DNA of 64,000 nt from Thermostichus sp. DRC_bins_24 (lineage in GTDB: Bacteria > Cyanobacteriota > Cyanobacteriia > Thermostichales > Thermostichaceae): contig JAUQVK010000115.1 in assembly GCA_039794845.1 (NCBI GenBank), positions 32,001 to 96,000 on the forward strand. The letters run 5' to 3'. The position numbers and the translations under genes are program-made. The notes under the pieces were generated by a model. That model saw nothing but the letters and a program-made list of their open reading frames with translations. It searched no databases and was not told the DNA's origin. Of this stretch, positions 62,738-64,000 are shown piece after piece. Within the stretch, counting starts at the first letter, position 1; each line of letters starts with the position of its first letter.

Positions 62738-63862
62738 TCACTCCTCCAACTGCCAGGGATCCTGAGCCACGACTTCATCCAAAATCCGAGGGGGGCGTAC
62801 CGCCATCAATACCTGGCCCAGCAAAGAGGACTGGGAGGGCTCTTCCAGCCACTCCACCATCAGGGATCCGCCCCGGTCCACCACGAAAAACCCTGCCGTT
62901 TGGGAGCTTGGGCCGGAGGCCTCCGGCCATTCCCGCACCGCCCGATCGATTACCAGCAGCACCGGATCCTGCTCTTCGCCCGTCGGCACCTGCAACCCCA
63001 ACAGGGATCCCAAAAACGCATTTTCCACCTGAAGCACCACCGGATCCCCGGCATTTTGAATCACCGACCAGGAAGGCAAAGCTACCCAAGTCTGCTGAGC
63101 CGGGCTGTTGACCCAGCGAAAAGGCCCCTGCGGCTCACTCGCGGGGAGCTGTTCCCATACCGCAGTGGGTAAGGGTAGGGATCCCACCACCGGCAGCAGG
63201 CGGGGCAGATCTTCTTCCAACCGAAATACAGACAGCTTGGGCAACCTCTTCCGTTGCAAGCCACCAGCGGAACTGGCCGCAACCGTGGACAAGAGCTGCT
63301 CAATGTGTCGGCGGGCTTCATCGCTGTGGACGTACTGAAACGCTCGACCAATGGCCCGGGTACGCTCTTGTACATCCCGGGTTTGCCGGGCGGTTTTCCA
63401 GGCTTGATAGGCCACGGCATCGCCGGGGTGATCCGTAAACCCTTCTGGGAGCTGCTGCAGTTGGGCGTAGTTTTTCACGGCACGGGCGATCTCGTGGGCA
63501 TCGTCGGCATTCAGGTTGCGACTGAGGATCAGTTCCGCCACCCGGAGGCGATCCTTTTGGGAGAGTATGCGCAACTCGTAGAGGATATCGCTGCCTTTGC
63601 GGCCAAAATACTCCAAGACTGCGGGGCTGGCTCCTGTTTTAGCCATGCCTTGGTAAACCTGGGCTCCGACAATGATTTGGTTCTGGTGAATCGGCTCAAA
63701 TCCGGTTGCTTCAAAAATGGCCTGTGGGGTCATGTTCTGTCGTTGCAAGGCTTGACAAGCTTCTGCCCAATCCAGCCAGCTACCCTCCTTGCGTCGCAGT
63801 CGCGTTAACAATGTCTCGGGATCCTCCCCCACAGCAGGGTTTTCCGGCTCGTACTGACTCAT
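62738..63862 (-). CDS. raf1: RuBisCO accumulation factor 1
   Basis: LRRKEGSW, FEATGFEPIHQNQ, FTDHPGDAVAY, WQLEE C-terminus. Confidence 0.92.
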   Translation of the reverse strand: MSQYEPENPAVGEDPETLLTRLRRKEGSWLDWAEACQALQRQNMTPQAIFEATGFEPIHQNQIIVGAQVYQGMAKTGASPAVLEYFGRKGSDILYELRILSQKDRLRVAELILSRNLNADDAHEIARAVKNYAQLQQLPEGFTDHPGDAVAYQAWKTARQTRDVQERTRAIGRAFQYVHSDEARRHIEQLLSTVAASSAGGLQRKRLPKLSVFRLEEDLPRLLPVVGSLPLPTAVWEQLPASEPQGPFRWVNSPAQQTWVALPSWSVIQNAGDPVVLQVENAFLGSLLGLQVPTGEEQDPVLLVIDRAVREWPEASGPSSQTAGFFVVDRGGSLMVEWLEEPSQSSLLGQVLMAVRPPRILDEVVAQDPWQLEE

Positions 63863-64000
63863 CAAGGGTTTTCCTGACTGCACAATGCTGAGCTCCTGTT
63901 CCTTGAGAGGATGGGTAGCAGGGGCTAGGTAACAATTTTAAGGCGGTTTCGGTGAAGCCGGGGTCGGGATCCCGTTCACCCGTCATCACAGTAGATAGGG

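Overview
Core-genome window of a GC-rich thermophilic cyanobacterium. The dense GGGATCCC palindrome and the gene sequences point to the hot-spring Synechococcus/Thermostichus lineage (inference). It holds about 55 protein genes, mostly housekeeping: photosynthesis and carbon fixation (partial psbA, btpA, psb29, raf1, ndhF4-ndhD4-cupB, txlA, VKOR-Trx), DNA/RNA metabolism (mutL, radA, pheT, A-adding nucleotidyltransferase), biosynthesis (pyrD, dapL, aroC, proB), ABC transporters, proteases and two diguanylate cyclase modules. I saw no rRNA, tRNA or CRISPR array. The least explained signal is in the intergenic DNA. At least four short non-coding elements, plus two degenerate ones, end like IS200/IS605 (tnpB) right ends: a subterminal hairpin followed by ...GTCAC or TCAA. 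No transposase or tnpB is present. Two are near-identical ~125-nt copies that both follow TTTAA, and one of these truncates an unannotated 2OG-Fe(II) dioxygenase. Two others share their terminal GTGA with the stop codon of a convergent gene. Short tandem duplications cluster beside these elements. Other accessory features are a 104-bp TA-flanked MITE that inactivates xisH, a vapBC-type pair inserted inside the NDH-1 CO2-uptake operon, a Uma2 gene, and an unannotated 24-aa membrane micro-ORF downstream of a perfect NtcA box. All family calls are by motif recognition; no database searches were run.
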